From positions 5,024,001-5,088,000 of the forward strand of contig OZ220733.1 in the NCBI GenBank assembly GCA_965116875.1: 64,000 bases of DNA, read 5' to 3'. Of this stretch, positions 47,561 through 57,509 are shown in pieces. Numbering within the stretch: the stretch's first letter is position 1; each line of letters starts with the position of its first letter. Made by a program: the position numbers and the translations under genes. The stretch is from Candidatus Latescibacterota bacterium (lineage in GTDB: Bacteria; Latescibacterota; UBA2968; GCA-2709665). Below the pieces are notes generated by a model that did not search any database, was not told the DNA's origin, and saw nothing but the letters and a program-made list of their open reading frames with translations.

Positions 47561-48150
47561 AGTTCTCTGCGTCCATCCAGCGCACGGGAGAGCGTAACCT
47601 GGTCGGCGAGGGCGAGATCGCTGCCGACGGGAAGGCCCCTGGCGATCTGCGTTACAATGACGTCGTGCGTTGCCAGGACCTGCTTGAGGTATTGCGCGGT
47701 CGCGTCGCCCTCGACGGTGGGACCATTCGCCAGAATGACCTCGCGAATGCCGCCGCCGTTCAGCCGCGCAACGAGTGGTTGAATGTTCAGTTCCTCCGGC
47801 CCGATACCGTCCAGAGGAGAAATCCGCCCGCCCAGGACGTGATACAGGCCGCGATACGCCTGCATACGTTCCATTGCCAGCAGGTCGCCGACATAATCCA
47901 CCACCATCAACTGAGACCGGTCCCGCCGCTCATCCCCGCAGATGGGGCACGGGTCGCTCTCCGAAATGTTGAAACACGCGCCACAGGTCCGGACACGGGT
48001 CTTCACCTCCACCAGCAGATCTGCCAGCGCGCGTACGTCTTCATTCTTCCAGGTCAAAACGTCGAGTGCGATTCGCCGCGCGGACTTTTCGCCGATGCCC
48101 GGCAGCCGCCCCAACCCTGCCACCAGCCGATCGATGGCATTGGAAGCCAT
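47557..48150 (-). CDS. recR: recombination protein RecR
   Basis: LPGIGEKSARR, C4 zinc finger, YHVLGG.ISP.DGIGP, Toprim domain. Confidence 0.96.
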   Translation of the reverse strand: MASNAIDRLVAGLGRLPGIGEKSARRIALDVLTWKNEDVRALADLLVEVKTRVRTCGACFNISESDPCPICGDERRDRSQLMVVDYVGDLLAMERMQAYRGLYHVLGGRISPLDGIGPEELNIQPLVARLNGGGIREVILANGPTVEGDATAQYLKQVLATHDVIVTQIARGLPVGSDLALADQVTLSRALDGRREL

Positions 48151-48223
48151 CCTGACTCTCCTCGAAAACGGATACCCGGACCGCATCTCCGCACCGGGAC
48201 AGAACACTGGCGGCGGCCAGCAC

Positions 48224-48547
48224 CTACAGACCCAGGTTGACGCCCGGCGGCAACATGCCCGATGTTGCCCTCTGCATCTCTCGGTCGGCCAATTCCTGCG
48301 CCTTCTCGCGGGCCTGCTGAATGGCGGCCATGATCAGGTCTTCCAGCATCTCCACGTCATCGGGGTCCACGACCTCCGCGTTGATGCGGATGCCCACAAT
48401 ATGCTGTTGTCCGTTTGCCCGCGCCACCACCATGCCGCCTCCTGAGGATCCCTCAACCTCCTTCGACGCGAGTTCCTCCTGTACCTTCGCCAGCCTGGCC
48501 TGCAGCTTCTGGGCCTGCTTCATCATTCCCGCCATGCCCTTCGCCAT
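48224..48547 (-). CDS. ybaB: YbaB/EbfC nucleoid-associated protein
   Basis: MMKQAQKLQ, GSSGGGMV, DVEMLEDLI.AA. Between dnaX and recR. Confidence 0.95.
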   Translation of the reverse strand: MAKGMAGMMKQAQKLQARLAKVQEELASKEVEGSSGGGMVVARANGQQHIVGIRINAEVVDPDDVEMLEDLIMAAIQQAREKAQELADREMQRATSGMLPPGVNLGL

Positions 48548-48567
48548 TGCGCCCTCCCCTGGTGGAA

Positions 48568-50265
48568 CTAATTTCCCACGACCTCTCCATCGAAGATTTC
48601 AATCGCCATCCGGACGCGTTCATCGGCCGGCGTGCGGTCGTCCTGCGCCGCGTCGCCGGCTTCGGCCTCGTCCAATGCGCATCGGACGCGCAGGGAGACG
48701 CCGAGGACTTCGGCCGTCGCTTCCTCCAGAAACGCCTCGTTGCGCCTCACCTGCTCGGCGTGAAACATATTGTTTGCCTTGAAGACCAGGTCCAGCCTCC
48801 GGTCCTCCAGCGCCGCGGGTCTGCATTCGGCCAGGAACGTCCCCAGAACCTGCTTTTGCATCCTGACGTACTCAACGAGGTCCGGCCACTTCTTCAGCAC
48901 GTCATCGATTGTGAGGTTGCGCGCCGGGGACGGATCCATCTCGGCCGGCGGTGCGGCGGGCTGTGGCGCGGGAGCGTCGACGACAGGCTGCTTCGATTCA
49001 TTGGCGACGTCCGGCGATGACGTTTGACCTTCAGGACGGTGAGGGACCGCCGGCGCCGGGTCACGGCCCGTGTCGGCCGGCGGGGCGGGTCCGGTCTGTC
49101 GCGCGACGGATGTCCCGCCCTTACGCAGCAGGCCTTCGAGCCGGTCCAGACGCGCCATGACTTCCGTGACGGACTCGGAGGGCGCCATCTTCACGAGCTT
49201 CAACACGGTCAGTTCCAGCCAGAACCGGGGGTTTGAAACCCGACCCATCCTCGACTCGAGTTCGGAAACCGCCTGCAACATGCGCAGGAGGTCTTCCTCG
49301 CGGAATCCCGCAGCCGTCTCGCGGTATCTTGCCTGGTCGGCCTCGGACAGATCGTCGCCTGCCAGCCCGTCCGATACGCGCGCCACCAGCAGATGCCTGA
49401 CATGCTCCAGCAATCCCTGTGTGAATTCGCCGGCATCGCCGCCGCCGTCCAGAACAAGACCCACCTTGCGCAGCGCCGTCGCCGTGTCTGAATCGAGCAT
49501 GGCCTGCGTCAGTTCGAAGAAGGTGTCCGCGGGAATAACGCCCAGCAGATCCCTTACGGCGCCGGCGGAGACGGACCCGTCGGTAAACGCGATGGCCTGG
49601 TCGAGCAGATTCTCGGCGTCGCGGAGCGCGCCGTCGGCTTTCCGCGCCAGAAGAAACAGCGCCTCGTCTTCCGATTCGATCTCCTCCGCACCCAGGATCT
49701 TTCGAAGCTGCCCGACAATCGCCTCGGTGGATATCCGCCGGAAATTGTACCGCTGGCAGCGGGAGAGAATCGTCTCCGGCATGCGGTGCGGCTCCGTGGT
49801 GGCCAGGACGAACACCACGTGAGGAGGCGGCTCTTCCAGCGTCTTCAGGAGCGCGTTGAAGGCCTCCGCGGTGAGCATGTGTACTTCATCTATGATGTAG
49901 ACCTTGCGCTTGCCCCGGGTTGCGGCGAATCCGACTTCTTCCCGCAGTTGCCGGATTTCGTCGATGCCGCGATTCGACGCCCCGTCTATTTCCAGGACGT
50001 CCATGCTCTTGTTGTCGGCGATCGCCGTGCAGAATCCGCAGCTGCCGCAGGGCTCCGGCGTGGGACCGTTTTCGCAGTTGAACGCCTTCGCCAACAGCCG
50101 CGCCATCGTCGTCTTTCCCGTCCCCCGCGGGCCGCAGAACAGATACGCCTGGACAACCCGATCGGATCGAATGGCGTTCTGCAACGTCCGGACGATGTGG
50201 TCCTGCGCGACCACGTCCTGAAAGACCTCTGGCCGCCATTTGCGGGCGATCACACGATAGGCCAT
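48568..50265 (-). CDS. dnaX: DNA polymerase III subunit gamma/tau
   Basis: ARKWRP..F..VV.Q, GPRGTGKTT, EIDGASN, IIDEVHML, TILSRCQ. Confidence 0.97.
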   Translation of the reverse strand: MAYRVIARKWRPEVFQDVVAQDHIVRTLQNAIRSDRVVQAYLFCGPRGTGKTTMARLLAKAFNCENGPTPEPCGSCGFCTAIADNKSMDVLEIDGASNRGIDEIRQLREEVGFAATRGKRKVYIIDEVHMLTAEAFNALLKTLEEPPPHVVFVLATTEPHRMPETILSRCQRYNFRRISTEAIVGQLRKILGAEEIESEDEALFLLARKADGALRDAENLLDQAIAFTDGSVSAGAVRDLLGVIPADTFFELTQAMLDSDTATALRKVGLVLDGGGDAGEFTQGLLEHVRHLLVARVSDGLAGDDLSEADQARYRETAAGFREEDLLRMLQAVSELESRMGRVSNPRFWLELTVLKLVKMAPSESVTEVMARLDRLEGLLRKGGTSVARQTGPAPPADTGRDPAPAVPHRPEGQTSSPDVANESKQPVVDAPAPQPAAPPAEMDPSPARNLTIDDVLKKWPDLVEYVRMQKQVLGTFLAECRPAALEDRRLDLVFKANNMFHAEQVRRNEAFLEEATAEVLGVSLRVRCALDEAEAGDAAQDDRTPADERVRMAIEIFDGEVVGN

Positions 50266-50338
50266 ACGGGTCAAGCCTCTCACCCGTCCATCGGACACGC
50301 ACGAACAGGAAGACGATTTCTGGAAGGCACGCTGAAAA

Positions 50339-50610
50339 GGCCGTGCACCCCGCTTCGGCTTTCAGACCGGGGTATTCGGAAAGTGCAAGCTCCCGCCAGG
50401 GGGCCCCGCGGCACACGGGCCGGGTTACCTACCGCTGCTACCTTCCGGTCCTGACGGGGTTCGGCAATCGTCCGTTGCGCAGGACCTGGCGATCAACACC
50501 GCGTACTTTCCGAATCACGTCTCGGAATGAAGAGCCTCAGACGAGGAGTTCAACCCCGCTATAGCGGATTGCGGGCTACAGGGCGCCGCTACTTCCCCGT
50601 CTAGCACGAC
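50339..50610 (-). ncRNA. ffs: large bacterial SRP RNA (with Alu domain)
   Basis: 5' GTCGTGCTAGACGGGGAAGTAGCGGCGCCCTGT..CAATCCGCTATAGCGGG Alu-like part; helix-8 core GTCAGGACCGGAAGGTAGCAGC; 3' GTGCACGGC pairs with the 5' end. Upstream of dnaX. Confidence 0.92.
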
Positions 50611-50617
50611 CTGATAA

Positions 50618-50780
50618 GAAGCTGTGTAAAAATTACCGGTGAGTTCCCGAGCGCGAGCGAAAAGGTGGCGGTCAAGGCGGGAAAACCCGCCCATATTAGT
50701 CTATACGGGTGGGTTTGACCAACGCCGACCGGCGCTTTTGCAGCCGCGCGAAGGCCGCTGGGAATTTTTAATACAGCTTC
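50618..50780. mobile_element. MITE family A, copy 2 (163 bp)
   Basis: TIRs GAAGCTGTGTAAAAATT / AATTTTTAATACAGCTTC with TAA flanks. Homologous to 4625-4810. Confidence 0.8.
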
Positions 50781-50821
50781 TAAACCAGCCGGCAGCCGCA
50801 GAGGGCCGATGGCTGTGTTCC

Positions 50822-50897
50822 TGGTGGAGCTGATGGGATTCGAACCCACGACCTCCAGAGTGCGATTCTGGCGCTCTCCCAACTGAGCTACAGCCCC
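50822..50897 (-). tRNA. tRNA-Ala(CGC)
   Basis: GGGGCTGTAGCTCAGTTGGGAGAGCG..CCAGA-ATCGCAC-TCTGG..GGTTCGAATCCC..CTCCACCA. Confidence 0.96.
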
Positions 50898-50948
50898 ACA
50901 AATGTCGACTACGCGACAGGCAAGGAGCAGGACAAGGACATCCGTTCT

Positions 50949-51326
50949 TCACCCATCGCTTTTTTCGATTGATATTCCGTCTGCCCGCGAGGCCGCTTTC
51001 AGCGCCTCCACGCCCGAAAGCACACGTCCGACGGGGTTCACGGGACTGGCCGGCCGGATCTCGTCTCCCTGGCTGGCGGGAGTTGGACCCCAGAAGATGC
51101 AGAATGCCTTGCCGGGCGGCCAGTAGGCGAGATCGCCCGCTTCCACGGTTTCCTGAGGGTCCTCCGGGTGGGCGGTAACAGGGATCTGAAAGTAAATCTC
51201 GTCGCCCCAGGTGTTGAACCCGCTGCGGATGGGCAAAGCGGCCAGGATCCGGGACGCGGTTTCGGAATCGTTCAGCTCCGCGTCCAGTTCGATCTCCCCC
51301 ACGGTTATCTTGATGGAATGCGCCAT
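50949..51326 (-). CDS. cyclophilin-like (TM1367/DUF369) fold protein
   Basis: WGDEIYF, GDLAYWPPGKAFCIFWGPTPAS, IRPASPVN. Confidence 0.88.
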   Translation of the reverse strand: MAHSIKITVGEIELDAELNDSETASRILAALPIRSGFNTWGDEIYFQIPVTAHPEDPQETVEAGDLAYWPPGKAFCIFWGPTPASQGDEIRPASPVNPVGRVLSGVEALKAASRADGISIEKSDG

Positions 51327-51398
51327 AGGAGGTTTTCCGGACCCGCGAAGCGAGTTTTCGTTGCTCGCCGGAAGACCGGCCGGGACGGGACAGGTTTC

Positions 51399-51491
<93 letters not shown>

Positions 51492-51948
51492 ACAAAAGCG
51501 GTTCGAGATTCAAAAATAGCGGCGGATGGCCGACGTTCGTCTCACTTTCTCCACGACCACAACACACCGCTTTGTCTCATTATTTAAGATACAATATTCG
51601 CCTGATATCCGCAACTTTTTCCCGAGCGAATCCAGATTTACCCCGCCTGCTCCGAAATGTAACATGATCGCTGGTTTTCAGACAGGCTCCCGCGTTGACT
51701 CGATCCACTGGTTTTGCCAGTTTCCCTGGATCAGTCGGTGTTGGAATGAACAACGACAGGAATGCCGAGGCAGACTTTGACGGAGAACCGCACCATCTGT
51801 TGGAACGGACTCACGCGGACCCGGTCATGCGACGACGACGAAGCCAATAACCGGCACGCTCTTGCCGACGCGGCCAGAGATGGCGAATGGAGGCGTGACA
51901 GGATTGTTGTCCATAAGATATTGATTATTAAGACTGTTATTGGAAATT

Positions 51949-52039
<91 letters not shown>

Positions 52040-52096
52040 GCTCGAATGCGGGGACACGCCTGAAAACCGTTCGCGACACCGGGTTCCGGTGTCGCG

Positions 52097-52573
52097 TTAC
52101 GCGTTTTTCCGGCGCAAATCTTGAAAGAACCGCTTCAATACCTCCGTACAGGGTTCTTCGAGGACGGATCGACGAACGTCGATCCGGTGGTTGAGCCTCG
52201 GGTCGTCGACCACGTTTCGCAGGGAGCCGCAGGCGCCGGTCTTCGGATCGTCCGCGCCGAACACCAGCCGGGACACCCGCGCCAGCACCAGCGCACCCGC
52301 ACACATCGCGCACGGTTCCAGCGTGACGCAGACAACGCAGTCCGTGAGCCACTTCATTCCGGTGCGCGACGTGGCGGACCGGATGGCCAGCATCTCCGCG
52401 TGCGCCGTGGGATCGTTGTCCCTCAGAATGCGGTTCTGACCCCGGCCGATCACTTCCCCGTTCAACAGAATCACCGCGCCGACCGGCACCTCGCCTGCAT
52501 CGCCCGCGCCACGCGCTTCGGCAAGCGCCAGTTCCATTCCGGCTTCGTCCGCGTCGGTCAATGCGCGCACCAC
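52097..52573 (-). CDS. tadA: tRNA-specific adenosine deaminase
   Basis: EVPVGAV, DPTAHAEMLA, TLEPCAMCAGA, DPKTGACGS. Confidence 0.95.
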   Translation of the reverse strand: MVRALTDADEAGMELALAEARGAGDAGEVPVGAVILLNGEVIGRGQNRILRDNDPTAHAEMLAIRSATSRTGMKWLTDCVVCVTLEPCAMCAGALVLARVSRLVFGADDPKTGACGSLRNVVDDPRLNHRIDVRRSVLEEPCTEVLKRFFQDLRRKNA

Positions 52574-52717
52574 CCAGGCGGAAAATCGTCTACCGAATAT
52601 CTACTTGAACGTCCGACAAAATTACCGGTTTCCGGGCTCGACGTCAACCATTTTCCCGCGGGAAGGGGGCCTTGCGGACGGGTCGATACAGCCTGAATGC
52701 CCTTTGGATATCCTGTG

Positions 52718-54028
52718 TCACCGGCGTCTGCCCAGCCTCGAGATGAAGAAGGGGATCAACATCTCCCGCTCGTGCAGCCCTCCGTGGCGGCCGCCCGCGA
52801 TATCGGACGGAACGGCGTCGTCCCTGTACGGGTGGAACAGCGTGGCGCTGCCGCGCATCAGTGCAAGCACGTCGCCGATCCGGCCTGACAGCTCGGGCGC
52901 GCGCGGTCCGCTTCCCCACAGGCCGTCGGCGAGCGCGCGCCGGGTCTCCACAATGCACGCCGATCCGGCCAGCCCGGATTCAAGAGCAGACATGACATCC
53001 CCCACAGCGCCGTCGCGCACGTGAAAATACGCCGACCGCGCCGTACCGGTCGGCGGGGCCGCGAGCCGGTGCTTTAAGCCAGGTACCTCCGCGACCTGTA
53101 CGATGTCCTCCTCGTCCACTTGAATATGCCCGTGGTCGGCAAGGAGCATGAACGCGGCGCTCACATCGTGCACTTCGAGTGGCGAAAGCAGTTCTCTTTC
53201 AAGCGAGTAGCCCAGGCTGTAGATCTCACCCTCGGGTTCTTCCCCCCTTGTGCCGTATCTGTGCTGGATCGTGTCCAGCGTGTCCGTATACAACCAGATA
53301 CACGCCGGTCGACCCGGGTCCGCGGTGAGCATGCTCCGAACCTGGCTGAACATATCCGACGCGTTCACGAACGGGACCACGTCCGTGGCGCCGTCGTACA
53401 GCATCTCCGAAAGGCCGCTGTGCGCCAGCGATCGGTGAATCAGACAACGGGAAGAGACGCCCGCCGCCATCAGCAGGCTGTGTACCGTGGGCACGCCCAG
53501 CAGCGCCCGGGCGTCCGTGCTGTTGGGCAGCATGCGGCCGAACCGTTCGTCCGCCTCCGGGCTCAGCCGGATCATATTCGCCACGTATCCCCGGTCCGGC
53601 ATGTACATCCTGTATCCCGCAACGCCGTGCCCGGCAGGCGGCAGCCCCGTATGAAACGACGATAGCGCGGCCGCGGTTGTCGAAGGAAATACCGACGTGA
53701 GCGGTGCGAACCTTCCCCGATCCGCCAGGGCGTGGAACCCGGGCACGCGGCCCGATTGCATCGCCCGCGACAGGGTCAGAAAACCCAGTGCGTCCACCAG
53801 GGTGATGACCAGCTTCTCCGCGCCGTCCAGTTCGCCGCCCACGACGTCGTCAGCCAGCCCCGGCGACCGGATCCCGCCGATGCCGAAATGCCGCAATACG
53901 GCAGGCGCCACGTTCGCCAGGCTGAACCCGTCGTACGCGGGCCACACGAACTCATCCGGCAGCGTCAGGTTTCCGATACGTGCAGTACGCCGCAGCCGCT
54001 TCAGAATCCGCTGTGCAATCGGATTCAA
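52718..54028 (-). CDS. alkaline-phosphatase superfamily / nucleotide pyrophosphatase
   Basis: LVDALG, SVFPSTTAAA..SFHTG..P..HG, ADHGH, GRHGGL..EMLIP. TTG start inferred. Confidence 0.88.
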   Translation of the reverse strand: MNPIAQRILKRLRRTARIGNLTLPDEFVWPAYDGFSLANVAPAVLRHFGIGGIRSPGLADDVVGGELDGAEKLVITLVDALGFLTLSRAMQSGRVPGFHALADRGRFAPLTSVFPSTTAAALSSFHTGLPPAGHGVAGYRMYMPDRGYVANMIRLSPEADERFGRMLPNSTDARALLGVPTVHSLLMAAGVSSRCLIHRSLAHSGLSEMLYDGATDVVPFVNASDMFSQVRSMLTADPGRPACIWLYTDTLDTIQHRYGTRGEEPEGEIYSLGYSLERELLSPLEVHDVSAAFMLLADHGHIQVDEEDIVQVAEVPGLKHRLAAPPTGTARSAYFHVRDGAVGDVMSALESGLAGSACIVETRRALADGLWGSGPRAPELSGRIGDVLALMRGSATLFHPYRDDAVPSDIAGGRHGGLHEREMLIPFFISRLGRRR

Positions 54029-54206
54029 CTCATCTCCGTGCGAAGGGGTTGACGTCTCGAAACGACAGGGCCTCAAATTAGACCGCGCCCGGCCTGAAGT
54101 CAAGGCCGAATGACAACACAAAGACGTCCGCCGATATCCCTTCTACCGTAGTAAAGTACGGCACATTGTGTCTCGTCGCCGAAGGCCGCGAAGACCGATT
54201 TTATGC

Positions 54207-54235
54207 TTGACACCACAGGCGCCTTGTGGTAATTT
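54207..54235 (+). promoter_or_regulatory. sigma-70 promoter of tRNA-Asn
   Basis: TTGACA-N17-TAATTT with an extended TG. Confidence 0.65.
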
Positions 54236-54259
54236 CTTCCCGCTCATGGCACTCAGGGT

Positions 54260-54335
54260 TCCGGCGTAGCTCAGCTGGCAGAGCGGGTGGCTGTTAACCA
54301 CTAGGTCGTAGGTTCGAGTCCTACCGCCGGAGCCA
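54260..54335 (+). tRNA. tRNA-Asn(GTT)
   Basis: TCCGGCGTAGCTCAGCTGGCAGAGCG-GGTGG-CTGTTAA-CCACT..GGTTCGAGTCC..GGAGCCA. Confidence 0.96.
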
Positions 54336-54428
54336 ATTTTTCGATCGTCATCGCAGGCAATTGAACCAGAGATTCGAAGCCCCGCGGGATACATCCTCCG
54401 GGGCATCGTCGTATAAGGAAACAGATCG

Positions 54429-55106
54429 ATGTTCACTCGCCTTCGGGCGTTGCTCGCGTGTCTCGCGCTGCTGTGGAGCTGCGCTGACCCGGAAATGCGT
54501 GAGTCGCCCGGATCCGATGGATCCGAATTGAAAGCCGCGGGCGGCGCGGCGGTCGTCAATCCGAATCTCGCGGGAGCCGATGAACTGAACGCACTCCCCG
54601 GTATGAGCCAGGAACTGGCCGGTGCGATCCGCCAGCAGCGCCCTTTCACTGATATGGAAGCGCTGCACTCGGTAGTCACAAGCCACCTGAGCCGGGAGGA
54701 AGCGGAAAAGCTCTACGTGCGGATGTTCGTTCCGATCAACCTGAACGGGGCCAGCAATACGGAGTTGCTCCTGGTGCCGGGCGTGGGCGAGCGGATCGCG
54801 CACGAGTTCGAAGAGTACCGCCCGTATACGGCCATCGCCCAGTGGCGGCGTGAGATGGGCAAATACGTGGACGACGCCGAAATCGAACGCATGGGGAGAT
54901 ACGTCTACGTGCCCATCGACCTGAACACGGCCACCGAAGAGGAGATCCTCGCCATCCCCGGCGTGGGCAGGCGTATGGCCCACGAGTTCGAAGAGTATCG
55001 TCCGTATACGAGCATCGAGCAGTTCCGGCGTGAAATCGGCAAGTACGTGGACGACCGCGAGGTCACGCGCCTGGAACGGTACGTCGAGATTCGACCAGGG
55101 AATTAG
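54429..55106 (+). CDS. predicted lipoprotein with three ComEA-like helix-hairpin-helix repeats
   Basis: Lipobox-like LLWSC; repeats NLN.A...EL..(L/V/I)PG.G......RP(F/Y)T. Confidence 0.85.
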   Translation: MFTRLRALLACLALLWSCADPEMRESPGSDGSELKAAGGAAVVNPNLAGADELNALPGMSQELAGAIRQQRPFTDMEALHSVVTSHLSREEAEKLYVRMFVPINLNGASNTELLLVPGVGERIAHEFEEYRPYTAIAQWRREMGKYVDDAEIERMGRYVYVPIDLNTATEEEILAIPGVGRRMAHEFEEYRPYTSIEQFRREIGKYVDDREVTRLERYVEIRPGN

Positions 55107-55145
55107 GACCGATCAGCCTCGGCTTGCTTTCCGCTCGTCGTATAG

Positions 55146-55180
55146 AAAGACCCCGCAGGCAATCTGCCGGCGGGGTTTTG
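55146..55180 (+). terminator. rho-independent terminator-like hairpin
   Basis: AAAGACCCCGC..GCGGGGTTTT downstream of the HhH gene. Confidence 0.55.
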
Positions 55181-55506
55181 TCGTATCTGCTATTTTAATA
55201 TTCAGTTACGAGTGATTTCGATCTTGATCCACCGGATAGTTTCATGGGTGTCCCCTTATTCTTAAAAGATATCGTCCATTGATAGATCCGACACGCAATC
55301 TACGTCATTTGCGGGAAATTCGGCGGACTGTCTGCGACCACGGCTGCCCAGGACAGGAACCGATTTAGCACCGGTGTGGTTTGCGATCCCGGGAGCGAGG
55401 GCATCCTGCCCTCGCTCCGGTTACAGGTGGATCATCTCGTGATAGCTGTTGGAAAAGACAATGTTGGACAGGAGTAATCTGCGACCGTGAATCACGCCTC
55501 TTCGGC

Positions 55507-55833
55507 TTACGCTCCGACCCGTAGCCGGCCGTGTTGCGCCGAACGGTTTTCACGGATGACGATATCCACATTACGTCCCAGCTTTGTCAAAAGGCGCAGC
55601 AAACGCTCCATTGAGTATTCCGTGAAGTCGCCCCGCAACAGGCGCGACACATCGGGTTGAGAAAGCCCGAGCAGCTCGGCCGCCTCAGCCTGCTTGAGGC
55701 CGCGCTGGCGAATGATCCTGTCGATCCGCGTAACCAGTTCGGCTTTAAGCAGGTGCGCGTCGGCATCCGGAAGTCCCAGATCGGCGAACACGTTTCCGCT
55801 GCCGCGTTCGATCTTGACATTTTCCGATTTCAT
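55507..55833 (-). CDS. XRE/HTH_37 (HigA2-like) antitoxin-type regulator
   Basis: GSGNVFADLGLPDA..LLKAEL, LKQAEAAELLGLSQPDVSRL, YSMERL. GGAGG RBS before ATG 55833. Confidence 0.9.
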   Translation of the reverse strand: MKSENVKIERGSGNVFADLGLPDADAHLLKAELVTRIDRIIRQRGLKQAEAAELLGLSQPDVSRLLRGDFTEYSMERLLRLLTKLGRNVDIVIRENRSAQHGRLRVGA

Positions 55834-56210
55834 CGATCTACCCTCCATTCGACTGGTCTCGGTGCGCCAGCGACCATGTCTCGATATAGTGAATCCGCCA
55901 TATTTGTGCAACCTTTTTGATTGTGCCGTTAGCTGCTGTCGTCGCCGCCGGGTCGAAACCTGGCATGCCTCACCGATACCCTTCACGATGCGCCGGCCAA
56001 GCTTCTATCCGATATCGGTGCGGTTTCCTGTTGCCTGTGAAACTTCGAGATTGACCTGGTACCTTCTACTTCATATATAGAGAGTGCGGATATGCAGTTC
56101 GTACCACAACGGCCCGAAAATCCGCCGGCTGAATGGTCTGCCTTCCCCTGCCGGAGTTGCGGATTGCATTGATTCATATTGGAAGCAGTTACGCGTGACG
56201 GAACGACATT

Positions 56211-57260
56211 ATGCAGCGCACCTACAGAGCCTGCCTGATCGGATGCGGACGGATGGGGGCGACAATTGACGACGAAGTCGAAGGCCGTCCGGATCGCTTT
56301 CTGTGGCAACCGTTCTCGCACGCCGCAGCCGCTGTCGCTTGTGACAGAACCAATCTCGTAGCCGTTTCAGACGTTGTCGCCGGGAAAGCGGAATCCGTAC
56401 GGCAACGCTACGGCGCCGGGCGCGCCTACACCGACTATCGGCAGATGATCGAAAAAGAGAAGCCGGACATCGTCTGCATCGCCACCCGCCCCGGACCGCA
56501 CGCGGATATCACGGTCTTCGCCGCTGAAAACGACGTCAAGGGCATCTACTGCGAAAAGCCGCTATGCTGTTCGATGGAGGAAGCGGATGCGATGGTCGAC
56601 GTTGTTCAAGGGCACGGGGTCAAATTCAACTACGGTACGCAGCGGCGGTATATGCCAGTTTATCGCAAGGTACGCGAACTGGTGGATGCCGGCGAAATCG
56701 GCAATATCCAGTGCACGATCGCACAATACGGCGCGAGTTCCGCACTCTGGGGCCTGACGCACGCCGCCGATATGCTGCTCTTCCTCGCCGGCGACCCTGA
56801 AGTCGACTTCGTCCAGGGAACGGTTGTTTGCAGCGATTCGGATTGGGACGGCAATCGGCTGGACGTCGATCCGGCGATTACAAGTGGCTACGTACGTTTT
56901 GCCAATGGTGTCCACGGCTATAACACGGTGGGCACCGGTCCCGAATTCGAGGTCTGCGGCAGCGAAGGGAAGATCCGCATCCTCAACAACAGCCGGGAAT
57001 GCCAACTCCGCAAAAGGAGCCATGTCTTCTTTGAAGAGGCGCCGTTCCCGGACGTACCCCGAGCCACCGGAACCGTGATGGGCATCACGGACGTCGCAGA
57101 GGCGATTGATACGGACCGCGAGACAAAGGGACCGGTCCACCTCGCTCGCCGGAGCCAGGAGATGTTGATGGGCATGATCGAGTCGCACCGGTTGGGCGGG
57201 CAACGCGTCGCGCTCCCAATGACCGATCGGAGCCTGTACGTCGGCCGCAAAGACTGGTAA
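56211..57260 (+). CDS. Gfo/Idh/MocA family oxidoreductase
   Basis: LIGCGRMG, PDIVCIAT, IYCEKPL, THAAD. Confidence 0.92.
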   Translation: MQRTYRACLIGCGRMGATIDDEVEGRPDRFLWQPFSHAAAAVACDRTNLVAVSDVVAGKAESVRQRYGAGRAYTDYRQMIEKEKPDIVCIATRPGPHADITVFAAENDVKGIYCEKPLCCSMEEADAMVDVVQGHGVKFNYGTQRRYMPVYRKVRELVDAGEIGNIQCTIAQYGASSALWGLTHAADMLLFLAGDPEVDFVQGTVVCSDSDWDGNRLDVDPAITSGYVRFANGVHGYNTVGTGPEFEVCGSEGKIRILNNSRECQLRKRSHVFFEEAPFPDVPRATGTVMGITDVAEAIDTDRETKGPVHLARRSQEMLMGMIESHRLGGQRVALPMTDRSLYVGRKDW

Positions 57261-57509
57261 CCTCGCTGAATTCAGGGGCGGAGACGAACCCTGATTCGTA
57301 ATTCTTCGGGAACGTTAATTCGTACATGTGCAAGTTGATAGAGGCGATTCAACTGCGGATAACCAGGATACGCCAGGTCACTGGATGTAACGGAAAAAAA
57401 CGTCCTTCTATGCGTCGATAACGCCCCGTATCGGAGGGTTTTATCGCGTCGCTGCGTTGCCGTTTTTTCGGGTTGAGGTTAATTCGACAAACCGTGGAGA
57501 CCACAGCGC

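Noticed and set aside
48568-50265. dnaX programmed frameshift or slippage site
   Set aside because: No A-AAA-AAG or long A run was seen on the coding strand.
51861-51876. sigma-54 promoter CGGCACGCTCTTGCC
   Set aside because: GG-to-GC spacing is 9, not the required 10.
57147-57157. attR copy of the tRNA-Asn 3' end (CGCCGGAGCCA)
   Set aside because: Only 11 bp, GC-rich, and inside an intact oxidoreductase CDS; likely chance.
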